A stretch of 64,000 nt of DNA, from the IMG/VR virus record IMGVR_UViG_3300017971_000214, positions 62,261 through 126,260 of that record; one strand, written 5' to 3'. The DNA comes from a virus. Positions 18,031 to 26,775 of this stretch are shown here, one piece after another. The notes under the pieces were generated by a model, which was not told the origin of the DNA, did not search any database, and saw nothing but the letters and a program-made list of their open reading frames with translations. The position numbers and the translations under genes are program-made. Within the stretch, counting starts at the first letter, position 1. The number at the start of each line of letters is the position of its first letter.

Positions 18031-18381
18031 ATGTCGAAGAAGAACGCGGTGCAGCCCACCGTCGTAACGGTGAGGCGTCAGTTTCTGGAGGGTGGGGAGC
18101 CCGCGAGCCTTCCTGAAGAGAAGACCGAAGTGATCGAAGTCCACCGCTTCGTCGTCGAACCCGCGAAGGTCCAGGTCGGTCGGGGCCTTACCTTGAACAT
18201 GGGCAACTACGAGTCTGCTCGCTTGGATGTGGGCATCGAGGTCCCCTGCTACGTCGAAGAAGTCGACTCTGCTTACGAGTGGGCGCGCCGCTGGGTCGAG
18301 AAGCGTATCGGTGAGGAGCACAAGTCGATCAAGGGGCACGTTGACAAGAAGAAGTCTGGGTCGGAGGAGAACCCGTTCTGA
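18031..18381 (+). CDS. hypothetical protein
   Basis: TLNMGNYESARLDV; ends EENPF; TGATG coupling to recA. Confidence 0.65.
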   Translation: MSKKNAVQPTVVTVRRQFLEGGEPASLPEEKTEVIEVHRFVVEPAKVQVGRGLTLNMGNYESARLDVGIEVPCYVEEVDSAYEWARRWVEKRIGEEHKSIKGHVDKKKSGSEENPF

Positions 18382-20621
18382 TGGCCAAGAAGAAGGACAA
18401 CAAGCCCGGCGTGGAACTCGCGTCCTCGTTGGACAAGCTGCTTGCCAGCAAGGCCATGGCATCCATCCACAAGGATCACGGGGACGCCATCTTCATGAAG
18501 GCGTCCGAGCATGACTCGGCTATCCCTCGGATCCCAACGGGGGTTTTCAGGATGGACTACGCCACCGGAGGCGGCCTCCCCGTGGGGCGCGTCACGGTGA
18601 TTTGGGGGCACAAGTCGAGTGCCAAGACGACCACCTATCTGAAGACCATCGCCAACGCGCAGAAGATGTGCGCGAGCTGCTGGCAATTTCAGGAAACGTG
18701 CAACTGCGGGAACTACAGGGATCCCGTCATCGCGTTCCTCGATGTGGAGGGAACACTCGACCTTCGGTGGGCCAAGGTGCTCGGTGTAGATCTGGACCGG
18801 ATGCTCTACTCCAAACCGGAGTACGCCGAGCAGACGCTCGACATTGCGGAGGCCATCATACGCAACGGTGCCGACATCATGGTCATCGACTCGCTCGCGT
18901 TCCTAGCGCCTGCAGCAGAGATCATGAAGTCGACGAGCGAGGACACAGTGGGACTGCAAGCGCGCCAGCTCGGCAAGGGCACGCGCAAGTTCGTTGCGGC
19001 CGTCAACACTGTGTCCAACGCTCGTGGTATCGGCCCCACGTTGTTCTTCACCAATCAGGTTCGCATGAAGGTTGGTGTCATGTTCGGCTGCTTCCCCTAC
19101 CAGGCTCCCGTCCTACTGGCAGACGGAACCAAACGAAGTATCGGTCAGATCGTCAATCAGAAGCAGCCTGTGGAGGTACTGAGTTGGAATGCACACGAAA
19201 AGAGATTTGAGCCCAAGCGGGTGGTCCGCTGGTGGAAGCAAGGGGTTGATGTAGACGAATGCTGTCTGTCGGACAACGACATCGGGGCGCTACGTCAGGA
19301 GTACCGCACTCTTGTTGTGTCGTATCCGGATGGCAGCGGTCACACCAAGATCACCGCTACTCCGAATCATGAGATATCGACGCCGCGTGGGTTCGTTTCT
19401 GCCGACACGCTCGACTTGGACGACGAGGTATATTGCCGACATGAGCGTGTGGTATTCAGCCACGACTTGGAGCAGTTGATCTTCGGCTCGCTGCTCGGCG
19501 ACGGGTCGATCAGGAAATCGGGAAGGCATACTTCGTACTTCCGAGAGTCCCACGCTCAGAAAGAGCGCCAGTACTTGATGTGGAAGCGCGAATGCTTTGG
19601 CGACTTGGTTCGCGAGAGCCTGACCGACAGAGACGACGAGAGATCAGAGGTAGGTTTCGAGACGAGGGCTCTGTCTTCCTTTTCTCAGTACAAGCGGTTG
19701 TTCTACGGGGAGTCCGGTAGGTACAAGCGGATTCCTCGGTCGTGGCCGATGGTTCTTTCTCCGTTTGCTCTGGCCATTTGGTATCAGGACGATGGTTGGC
19801 TGGCAGACGAAGGCGGCACGAGAAAGCGCAACGTGATTTGCCTCCACGAGACTACGCCGGATGAAAAGGATCACATCAAGAAATTGATCGAGGGGCTATT
19901 CGGACTGCAGGTCGCAGTGTGCTCCGGCGGCCATCGCACTGATATCCAGTTCAACGGGGAGGTAGCGGACAAATTCGAGAAGATAGTGGCTGGTTGGGTT
20001 CATCCCAGCATGTCGCACAAGCTGCGGACAACTGCCGGTGTGGGTCAGCTGCTGCCTCGACTCGAATTTGGGTGGTGCACTGAGGTTGTTGCTCATCCGT
20101 GTCCTGTTGTTGAGATCCGAAGGTCTATGCGAGAGGGATCTTCTGGAGTCCGGTACAACTTGGAGGTGGAGGATAACGCCACCTACGTTGTTGGAGATGC
20201 CATCGTCCACAATTCGCCCGAGACGCAGCCCGGCGGTCTGTCGACCGGCTTTGCTTCTTCGCTGGAGATCAAGACCAGGGCGGGCAAGTTCGAGATGGAC
20301 GAGGTGCTAGGAAAGCCTCTTACTGCGGGCTTCGCGTTTCGCGTCGAGAAGAACAAGGCCGGCGTGCCTAAGATGGAGGGCGACTTCAAGCTGCTGCTGA
20401 TGAGCACGGAGCACCGGCGTGTTGGGGATGCGGTCAACGAGCCCTTCATGGTCGACATGGCGCAGAAGGTCGGGCTCGTGGAAGGCGGCGGTTCCTCGTG
20501 GAAGGCGCTCGGAGAGAAGTTCAAGTCCAAGACCGCCATCGAGGAAGCAATGATCCAGAGCCCCGACTTCTACCTGCGCATGCACAGCGCTTTGATGGCT
20601 GTGCTGCTGTCGGATGACTAG
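18381..20621 (+). CDS. recA: RecA-like recombinase containing an intein (about 371 aa after splicing)
   Basis: GGGLPVGR, GHKSSAKTT, VIDSLA, NQVRMKVGVMFG|SPETQPGG, VEKNKAG. Confidence 0.92.
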   Translation: MAKKKDNKPGVELASSLDKLLASKAMASIHKDHGDAIFMKASEHDSAIPRIPTGVFRMDYATGGGLPVGRVTVIWGHKSSAKTTTYLKTIANAQKMCASCWQFQETCNCGNYRDPVIAFLDVEGTLDLRWAKVLGVDLDRMLYSKPEYAEQTLDIAEAIIRNGADIMVIDSLAFLAPAAEIMKSTSEDTVGLQARQLGKGTRKFVAAVNTVSNARGIGPTLFFTNQVRMKVGVMFGCFPYQAPVLLADGTKRSIGQIVNQKQPVEVLSWNAHEKRFEPKRVVRWWKQGVDVDECCLSDNDIGALRQEYRTLVVSYPDGSGHTKITATPNHEISTPRGFVSADTLDLDDEVYCRHERVVFSHDLEQLIFGSLLGDGSIRKSGRHTSYFRESHAQKERQYLMWKRECFGDLVRESLTDRDDERSEVGFETRALSSFSQYKRLFYGESGRYKRIPRSWPMVLSPFALAIWYQDDGWLADEGGTRKRNVICLHETTPDEKDHIKKLIEGLFGLQVAVCSGGHRTDIQFNGEVADKFEKIVAGWVHPSMSHKLRTTAGVGQLLPRLEFGWCTEVVAHPCPVVEIRRSMREGSSGVRYNLEVEDNATYVVGDAIVHNSPETQPGGLSTGFASSLEIKTRAGKFEMDEVLGKPLTAGFAFRVEKNKAGVPKMEGDFKLLLMSTEHRRVGDAVNEPFMVDMAQKVGLVEGGGSSWKALGEKFKSKTAIEEAMIQSPDFYLRMHSALMAVLLSDD
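19089..20213 (+). mobile_element. RecA intein, 375 aa, LAGLIDADG homing endonuclease
   Basis: starts CFPYQAPV, ATPNHEI, GSLLGDGS and IWYQDDG, ends AIVHN before S; inserted in the L2 loop VMFG|SPET. Confidence 0.92.
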
Positions 20622-20624
20622 CTC

Positions 20625-21044
20625 GTGGGGGAAGGTAGGATCAAGAAGCCTAGCCCCAAGTGGCTGGAGGATGGCGGCGACCGAGGAGCGCGGACGAGGC
20701 GATCGAAGAAGAGCGAGGAGAAGCTAGCAGGGCGCTTGGGTGGTCGTAGGCTTCCGGGGTCGGGAAACAAGTCATGGTCAAAGCACGACAAGACGACGGC
20801 GCAGGGGGATGTGGGGGTCGCCGGGTTTCATCTGGAGCACAAGGAGACCGAGAACGAGTCGATCGGGTTGAAGAGGGAATGGCTGCACAAGGTGGAGGCC
20901 GGAGCGCGAAGGACGATGAAGGATCCCGGACTGGTGATGAAGTTCGTGAGGCCCGTTGGGGAAGGGGACGAAGAGTACGTCATTCTCCCTTTGGAGGTAT
21001 TCGAGCGTTTACGGGCCGCCTGCGGACTCGATTCCGAGAGGTGA
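20625..21044 (+). CDS. PD-(D/E)XK nuclease, Hjc-like Holliday junction resolvase
   Basis: E..LA...GG..LPGSG, GDV, LEHKET. Confidence 0.65.
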   Translation: MGEGRIKKPSPKWLEDGGDRGARTRRSKKSEEKLAGRLGGRRLPGSGNKSWSKHDKTTAQGDVGVAGFHLEHKETENESIGLKREWLHKVEAGARRTMKDPGLVMKFVRPVGEGDEEYVILPLEVFERLRAACGLDSER

Positions 21045-21199
21045 TCCGAGCCTTCTACTGGGAGGCGGCCGATTTCAAGAACGACCCGCTGTTCCGCGCA
21101 GCTCTGGACGACGCCTGGTGGGAGGGGTTCTCCACAGGAGATCCGCTTCGGCGGGGCAAGAAGGAGTGCGAGGAGATCGCCAAGAAGAATTTGTCGTGA
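21041..21199 (+). CDS. small hypothetical protein
   Basis: GTGA overlap with the upstream stop; fills the gap. Confidence 0.45.
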   Translation: MIRAFYWEAADFKNDPLFRAALDDAWWEGFSTGDPLRRGKKECEEIAKKNLS

Positions 21200-21208
21200 G
21201 GATGCACC

Positions 21209-21526
21209 ATGAATGACGAGGAGATGGCAGAGTTCATCAACGAGGCCGTCGAGCAGTACCGGGAGGTAACGCTCGAATTTTTGGAGGCGCTGGACGACGA
21301 AGACGCTCCGGACGTTGTGGTGGCCTTGTTGCACGCGGTGGCTCACGAGCAGGGACACGTGGAGGGGATGGCCGCGCTGTTGGGTAATTCGAAGGAGGAC
21401 CGGGCGGCGGCGCGAGCCAGCTCGCGGCGCCAGGGGATGGAGGAAGCTCTAGCCAACCACGACGAGGGGCCGTGTGAGGGGTGCCGGGCGTCCGAGGAGC
21501 TACGTCTGGAGCTGTTCGCCAACTAG
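21209..21526 (+). CDS. hypothetical acidic protein
   Basis: GAGGA RBS; codon usage. Confidence 0.55.
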   Translation: MNDEEMAEFINEAVEQYREVTLEFLEALDDEDAPDVVVALLHAVAHEQGHVEGMAALLGNSKEDRAAARASSRRQGMEEALANHDEGPCEGCRASEELRLELFAN

Positions 21527-21535
21527 GAGCTGCCC

Positions 21536-21895
21536 ATGCCCTCTCGCCCCCTACCTGCGCTGGTCAAGGTCCGAAGCGACTTGCACCTGTCGTCGGACGA
21601 GCAGGTGCGCATGGTCTTCGAGGGGGACGAGCGCGTTCCGCTCTTTGAGTGCTTTCCCTGTGAGACGTTGCTCCGCTGGTCGGAGGAGAAGGGCTGGTGG
21701 GAGTGCCCGAGTTGCACCTACGAACTGACTCCTACGGAAGCCGAGGAGCTGGTAGACTTGGCCATTCGCCGACTACAGATCATTTTGACGGACGTTAGGC
21801 GCAAGCAGGGAAAGGACGATGGGAAATGGGGCGAAGAAAACTGGTTCTTCCGGATACTCCGTCGATTGTTCGGAGGATCGAAAAGGAGTTCATAA
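21536..21895 (+). CDS. hypothetical Zn-ribbon protein
   Basis: C..C and CPSC; AGGAG RBS; 70-nt overlap with the next gene. Confidence 0.55.
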   Translation: MPSRPLPALVKVRSDLHLSSDEQVRMVFEGDERVPLFECFPCETLLRWSEEKGWWECPSCTYELTPTEAEELVDLAIRRLQIILTDVRRKQGKDDGKWGEENWFFRILRRLFGGSKRSS

Positions 21896-22686
21896 GGGAG
21901 CGCGAGGTTCCGCCGCTGACTGCGGGGGGCACGATACGAGCTTCCTCCCTTCCCAACCTCTGCGCTCGCGAGGAAGTGCTGGCGGCCCAGCTGGAGATCA
22001 CCCGGCGGGACGATGTGGACGCCGACCTGAACCTCACCTTCGCGCAGGGCACCGGTATGCACTGGGTCATGCAGAACGAGGTCTTGCCTGTGCTCGGCAA
22101 GGTGCTCGTAGGCAAGTGGCAGTGCAAGGTGTGCGGGGAGGTCTACGGTGGTCTCGACACAGAGGACGGCAACATCCCGATGCCGGACTCATGCACGATG
22201 TGCGAGGAGTTGGGAGAGAGCCCGATCTTCGACGGCGACTTCCGCTTCGAGTTCATGGAGCAGGAGTTCATCAACGTCGAGTACCAATTCACGGGGCACA
22301 ACGATGGGTTCTTGAGACTGCCCGAAGCTGACGGGGACGGAGTTTTCGAGCTGAAGAGCTGTAGCGCGTACAAGGCCAAGCAGATCAAAGACGTGCCTGA
22401 CATGGGTCACGTGGCGCAGGCGCAGTCGTACATGTGGCTCACCAACACGCGGTGGGCTTTGCTTCTCTACTGGGACAAGGGGACGTTTCGTGGGCCTCTT
22501 ACGGAGCACTTCGTCGAGCGGGATGAAGAAGCTATCGAGGAGATCAAGTCGATGCTACGAAGTGTTTGGGAGGGCATCGAGACGGGTGAACTCCCAGATC
22601 GCATCTGTACTTCGGTGGACTGCAATCGCGCGGAAGAGTGCCCGGTGGCGAAGCCGTGCTTCGAATACGAGCTGAGGGTGAAATGA
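21826..22686 (+). CDS. Cas4/RecB-like PD-(D/E)XK exonuclease
   Basis: ASSL..LCAR, GTGMH, GHNDG, FELKS, QAQSYM, C-terminal Cys cluster. Confidence 0.82.
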   Translation: MGRRKLVLPDTPSIVRRIEKEFIREREVPPLTAGGTIRASSLPNLCAREEVLAAQLEITRRDDVDADLNLTFAQGTGMHWVMQNEVLPVLGKVLVGKWQCKVCGEVYGGLDTEDGNIPMPDSCTMCEELGESPIFDGDFRFEFMEQEFINVEYQFTGHNDGFLRLPEADGDGVFELKSCSAYKAKQIKDVPDMGHVAQAQSYMWLTNTRWALLLYWDKGTFRGPLTEHFVERDEEAIEEIKSMLRSVWEGIETGELPDRICTSVDCNRAEECPVAKPCFEYELRVK

Positions 22687-23135
22687 CGGACGACGAGAAG
22701 TTGATCGAGGTTCCGGACCAGGAGCCGGTATCGGGGACGCAGGAACGACCGAGGATGGTGCCGCTGGTGTTGGACACCAGGATGCTGCGCCCTCTTCCTC
22801 AGTCTCTCTACGACGCGGCGTGTAGCAACTGCGACAAGCGCCAGTCCCGGTGGGAGATGGGGCCGGCGAATACGGATCGCTGCGTGTTTGTGTGTTCGCT
22901 CTGCTTCCTTTACGAGTCGAAGTGGGGCGAGGCTCGGCGGGACCAGATCGACATTCTGGTCGACGAAGTGGAGAAGGAGAGGGGGCAGAAGTTCCTTCGA
23001 TCTGTGGACGGTACGTCGCTGCTTCGGTGCCAGGACGCTGATCAGATCCTGGCTTCTGTCGCGCTCACCTCCCGCATGTTCCAGGTTCACGACACCATCG
23101 AGGCGGTACGCGGAGGAGCCAAAGGGGGGACCTAA
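22683..23135 (+). CDS. hypothetical protein with CxxC pairs
   Basis: ATGA overlap; CSNC, CSLC. Confidence 0.55.
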   Translation: MTDDEKLIEVPDQEPVSGTQERPRMVPLVLDTRMLRPLPQSLYDAACSNCDKRQSRWEMGPANTDRCVFVCSLCFLYESKWGEARRDQIDILVDEVEKERGQKFLRSVDGTSLLRCQDADQILASVALTSRMFQVHDTIEAVRGGAKGGT

Positions 23136-23683
23136 TGGCCACGGTACTCGGGATCGACACCGGGTTCGCGGCCTGTGGGTACAGCCGCATCGAGCTGGGG
23201 CTCGACTCCGAAGAGGTGCTGGCTCTGGGAGTGGTGCGGACGGCCAAGTCTCCCAACAAGCGGGGCTTCAAGGCTGCGGACGACAACATCCGCAGGGGCC
23301 GTGAGATAGCGCAGGTGCTCATCCCGGTCGGTGAGGGAGTGGACGCTCTGTGTGTGGAAGCCCCCTCGCTACCGCGCAACGCGAGCACGTCGTTCAAGCT
23401 CGGGATCTGCTACGGCATCCTGTGCTGTCTGACCGAAGTGCTCGCCGTGCCAGTGGTCATGGTGAGCCCCCAGGAGCTGAAGAAGGGGGTCTGTGGCAAC
23501 CCTCAGGCGTCGAAGGACGACGTCGCGCAGGCACTCGATCAGCGATTCGGTCGCGATTTCGGGGCTGAGCTGATACAAGGTGGTATCCCGAAGGGCGCGC
23601 ACGAGCACGCCTACGACTCGATCGGGGCCGTGATCTCCAGTCTCGACGCAGAGATCATTCGGATGGTCCGGAGGATGCCATGA
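23135..23683 (+). CDS. ruvC: RuvC Holliday junction resolvase
   Basis: VLGIDTG, CVEAP, P.ELKK.V.GN..ASKDDV, HAYDSIG. Confidence 0.88.
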   Translation: MATVLGIDTGFAACGYSRIELGLDSEEVLALGVVRTAKSPNKRGFKAADDNIRRGREIAQVLIPVGEGVDALCVEAPSLPRNASTSFKLGICYGILCCLTEVLAVPVVMVSPQELKKGVCGNPQASKDDVAQALDQRFGRDFGAELIQGGIPKGAHEHAYDSIGAVISSLDAEIIRMVRRMP

Positions 23684-23985
23684 ATGTCGTCGCGATCTCA
23701 GGAAATGTATCAGCCAAGATCGAGTTTGCGAGGACCGGAGGGGGAACCCCCGTCTGCACGTTCCAGATGGCTTCCGACCGCCACACCCGCGACACGGTCA
23801 TTACCGCCTGGGTGAAAGTCAACGCTTACGGGGCGGGGCTCGTTGAGGCTTGCCGCCAGAGGCTCGCCAAGGGAAGATACGTGGTGGTGGAAGGCGAGCT
23901 GATGAACCGGGACGGTAGGATGGGCGAGTTGCTAGAAGTCCGGGCTCGGCGGATCGACTTCCCGAACAACAACAACGAGAGTTGA
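23680..23985 (+). CDS. short bacterial-type SSB/PriB-like OB-fold protein without acidic tail
   Basis: MNVVAISGNV, WVKVNAYG, LAKGRYVVVEGEL, EVRARRIDF. Confidence 0.8.
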   Translation: MNVVAISGNVSAKIEFARTGGGTPVCTFQMASDRHTRDTVITAWVKVNAYGAGLVEACRQRLAKGRYVVVEGELMNRDGRMGELLEVRARRIDFPNNNNES

Positions 23986-24001
23986 AGGAGCGCGGGGAAC
24001 T

Positions 24002-24943
24002 ATGGGAGCCAAGGCAGCTGCCGTGGTGAGTATCGGTGTCGGTTCGAAAAAGTGGGCGGACAGGCTAAAGAAGCGGTCCAAGGAGATCGTAGAGCAGATG
24101 GATGTCGCGTATGTGGAGCTGGCGGACCTTCTTCACCTTGCGCACGACATTCCGGTGGACAACGACCCCAAGGGGCCTCCGACCTACACTCGGTGGGGAT
24201 ACACGACGTTTGGCTCCTACGCGGAGGGTGCTCTTGGGTTGCAGCGCCGAAAGGCGGAGCGCCTGCGTAGCATTGGGAGGCTTCTCAATATCGAGCTGGC
24301 CGGGCTGGACCCGGCGTTGAAGAAGCGCCTCACGGAGCTAGGTTGGACCAAGCTGACCGAGCTTGTTCGGATTCTCATGAACAAGCACGACCGCAAGACG
24401 GTCGAGAAGTGGGTCGAGTTCGCTGAAGAGAACAGCTACGAGCAGCTTTGGCGTGCTGTGGGGAAGGCCCTGGACAAGATGGGTGTCAAGAACGGAGAGG
24501 TCGTGGACGACGTGACGGAGAGCGTGGTCGACGAGGACGCTGAAGAAGAGGACGAGAGTGTTTTGGAGGACAGCGGCGAGGACGACGGATTCTACGGGGC
24601 CGGAAAGATGACGGTGAAGGACGCTGCCGACGCGCTACCTTCTCCTGCGCGAACGAAGATGTTCAACTTCATGTGCATCGACGAGCAGATCGATGTGGTG
24701 GCTGCGGCTTTGCAGCGCGCCGAGGAGATGGGCGCTGACAACCTCAGCAAGTCCTCTCGTCTCGCGCTAATTTGCACGGACTTTCTCGCGACCAACACGT
24801 TCGGTAAGCCGCACGACCCCAAGTCTCGCGTTGCGTTTCTCAAGAAGCTGGAGAATTTCCTTGGGTGTAAGATCATAGCGGTCAACAACAAGGCCGATGT
24901 GTTCTACGGCTTCAAGACGCTCAAGAAGATAGCGGACAAGTGA
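24002..24943 (+). CDS. hypothetical protein, probably DNA-binding
   Basis: GYTTFGSYAEGALGLQRRKAERL HTH-like segment; AAGGAG RBS. Confidence 0.65.
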   Translation: MGAKAAAVVSIGVGSKKWADRLKKRSKEIVEQMDVAYVELADLLHLAHDIPVDNDPKGPPTYTRWGYTTFGSYAEGALGLQRRKAERLRSIGRLLNIELAGLDPALKKRLTELGWTKLTELVRILMNKHDRKTVEKWVEFAEENSYEQLWRAVGKALDKMGVKNGEVVDDVTESVVDEDAEEEDESVLEDSGEDDGFYGAGKMTVKDAADALPSPARTKMFNFMCIDEQIDVVAAALQRAEEMGADNLSKSSRLALICTDFLATNTFGKPHDPKSRVAFLKKLENFLGCKIIAVNNKADVFYGFKTLKKIADK

Positions 24944-24944
24944 C

Positions 24945-25166
24945 ATGCTGACTGTATCGACACCAGTGATCCAGAACGAGCTGGAGACGGCGAAGAAGAT
25001 CATCGAGAAGTGGCAGGAGAAGATCGAGATGCTGCCAGGCGTGAATGTTCCTGCGGGGGACCCGGCGGCTTTCGACAACTACATGCGCGAGTTCATCGGC
25101 GAGCTGCAGGTTGTCTCTGGCAAGTGCGACACGTTGGCTGAAGCGCTTTCGGGGTCGTTGCCGTGA
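24945..25166 (+). CDS. hypothetical protein
   Basis: fills the gap; GTGA overlap with the next gene. Confidence 0.55.
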   Translation: MLTVSTPVIQNELETAKKIIEKWQEKIEMLPGVNVPAGDPAAFDNYMREFIGELQVVSGKCDTLAEALSGSLP

Positions 25167-25984
25167 CTGAGGCTGCTGAACAAGAAGGGTCGGTTGACGT
25201 CAACATCGCGGACTCCGCGACGATCGACGTGGACGACATGGAGCCGGTCGCTTGGAATCCCAACGAGATGAACTCCGAGGAGTTCGACATGCTCGTTGAG
25301 AACATCAAGGAGGTGGGCTTCATCGACTACCCACAGGTCGTCCCGATGGTGGACGGCTCCTACCGGATCATCGGTGGGGCACATCGGTGGCAGGCCGCCA
25401 AGGTGCTGGGGCTGAAGAAGATCCCTTGCGTCCTGTTGTCTCACGAGCGCTGGACGGACGAGGACTTGCAGAAGTTCGTCACGGTCCGGCTCAACACGCT
25501 GCACGGTCGCATCAACCCCGAGAAGATGGTGGCGCTTCATCGGGAGATGGCCGCCAAGTACGGCGACAAGGCGATGCGTCGGATGTTCGCCTACACGGAC
25601 AAGGCGGGGTGGCAGAAGATCGTCAAGCAGATGAAGAAGGGCATGAAGTCAGCCGGCATGCCTAAGCAGGCGCAGGACAAGTTCGAGGAAGCCACGAAGG
25701 ACGCCAAGACCGTCAACGACTTGGGGCACGTCTTGAACCACCTGTTCAACGAGTACGGCGACACGTTGGAGTACTCGTTCATGGTGTTCGACTACGGAGG
25801 CAAGGAACACCTGTACATTGCCATGAGCAAGAAGACCAAGCGGGTGATGGATCGGGTGATGGAGGTCTGCCGGAGCTGGGGTCGCGATGTGAACGAGGTC
25901 GTCGGGGAGGTCACCGAAGAGTGGCTAAAGAAAGCCGAGCAGATCGAGGACGAAGAGATCGACGCAGAGATAGACGCCAGCTGA
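25163..25984 (+). CDS. ParB/sulfiredoxin N-terminal domain protein
   Basis: WNPNEM, YRIIGGAHRWQAA, N.LHG. Confidence 0.85.
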   Translation: MTEAAEQEGSVDVNIADSATIDVDDMEPVAWNPNEMNSEEFDMLVENIKEVGFIDYPQVVPMVDGSYRIIGGAHRWQAAKVLGLKKIPCVLLSHERWTDEDLQKFVTVRLNTLHGRINPEKMVALHREMAAKYGDKAMRRMFAYTDKAGWQKIVKQMKKGMKSAGMPKQAQDKFEEATKDAKTVNDLGHVLNHLFNEYGDTLEYSFMVFDYGGKEHLYIAMSKKTKRVMDRVMEVCRSWGRDVNEVVGEVTEEWLKKAEQIEDEEIDAEIDAS

Positions 25985-26010
25985 CCGGATCTCCTGTTGT
26001 GTGGTAGAAG
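25981..26010 (+). promoter_or_regulatory. putative promoter for the 26-34 kb unit
   Basis: CTGACC-N18-TAGAAG with TGTGG extension; resembles 38753-38780. Confidence 0.35.
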
Positions 26011-26049
26011 ATGGGAGTCCCCCGGAATCCGCTAGCTAGGAGATCTCCC

Positions 26050-26775
26050 ATGCGCTCTCTACAGGAGAACATCGCCGTTGCTCGGGCTCTGATGGAGTCG
26101 AACGCCATCCGAACCCCCTCGGTTCGCGTCGCTGACGCCTGGCGCAAGACCATCCGAATGGGCGATCAGTACTTGGAACTTCTGACACAGGCGGCGCAGG
26201 CGGCTTCGAAGGCGGCGAAGGCCGATGACCCGGTGGCCTCCAGGCGTGCCAACTCGGACGTCTCGGGGGTCATGACGAAGTTCGTTCCTCTGACCAACAA
26301 GTTCTACTCGTCGCACAAGGATGCCATGCTTTTCATGGACAAGCTGGGCGAGCAGTTGGACCTTCCGACGTACCGTCCGTGGCCCAAGAAATTGAAGTCC
26401 CCTGCTAACCTCACGTCGATGTCGGACGATGAGATCAGGAAGCAGTTGGAGAAGGCCGCGAGGAACGCCATCGGCGGGTGGCGAGACATGTTGGAGAAGG
26501 GCGCCTCTGCGTCCCGGATGTTCCGGGAGGCCGCCAAGAGCAAGGAGACGCCGAGCAACGAGTTTGTATCGGAGATCATCCAGGACGGGCTGAACTTCAG
26601 GGACTCGGTGGGCATCAACGTCTACGCACGGACGAACGGGATCATCCGAAGGGTGGTCGAGCTGTCCAACCGCGCTTGGGAGGCCATGGCGCTGGAAGCA
26701 CGGTTGGACGAGGGCTCGATGCTCCGGTGGAACCCGCCGTGGCGTGGTGAGATTGGCGACGCCGAGGTCATCTGA
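26050..26775 (+). CDS. hypothetical helical protein, possible internal head protein
   Basis: AGGAGA RBS; N-terminal LQE and LME motifs; TGATG coupling to the giant gene. Confidence 0.6.
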   Translation: MRSLQENIAVARALMESNAIRTPSVRVADAWRKTIRMGDQYLELLTQAAQAASKAAKADDPVASRRANSDVSGVMTKFVPLTNKFYSSHKDAMLFMDKLGEQLDLPTYRPWPKKLKSPANLTSMSDDEIRKQLEKAARNAIGGWRDMLEKGASASRMFREAAKSKETPSNEFVSEIIQDGLNFRDSVGINVYARTNGIIRRVVELSNRAWEAMALEARLDEGSMLRWNPPWRGEIGDAEVI

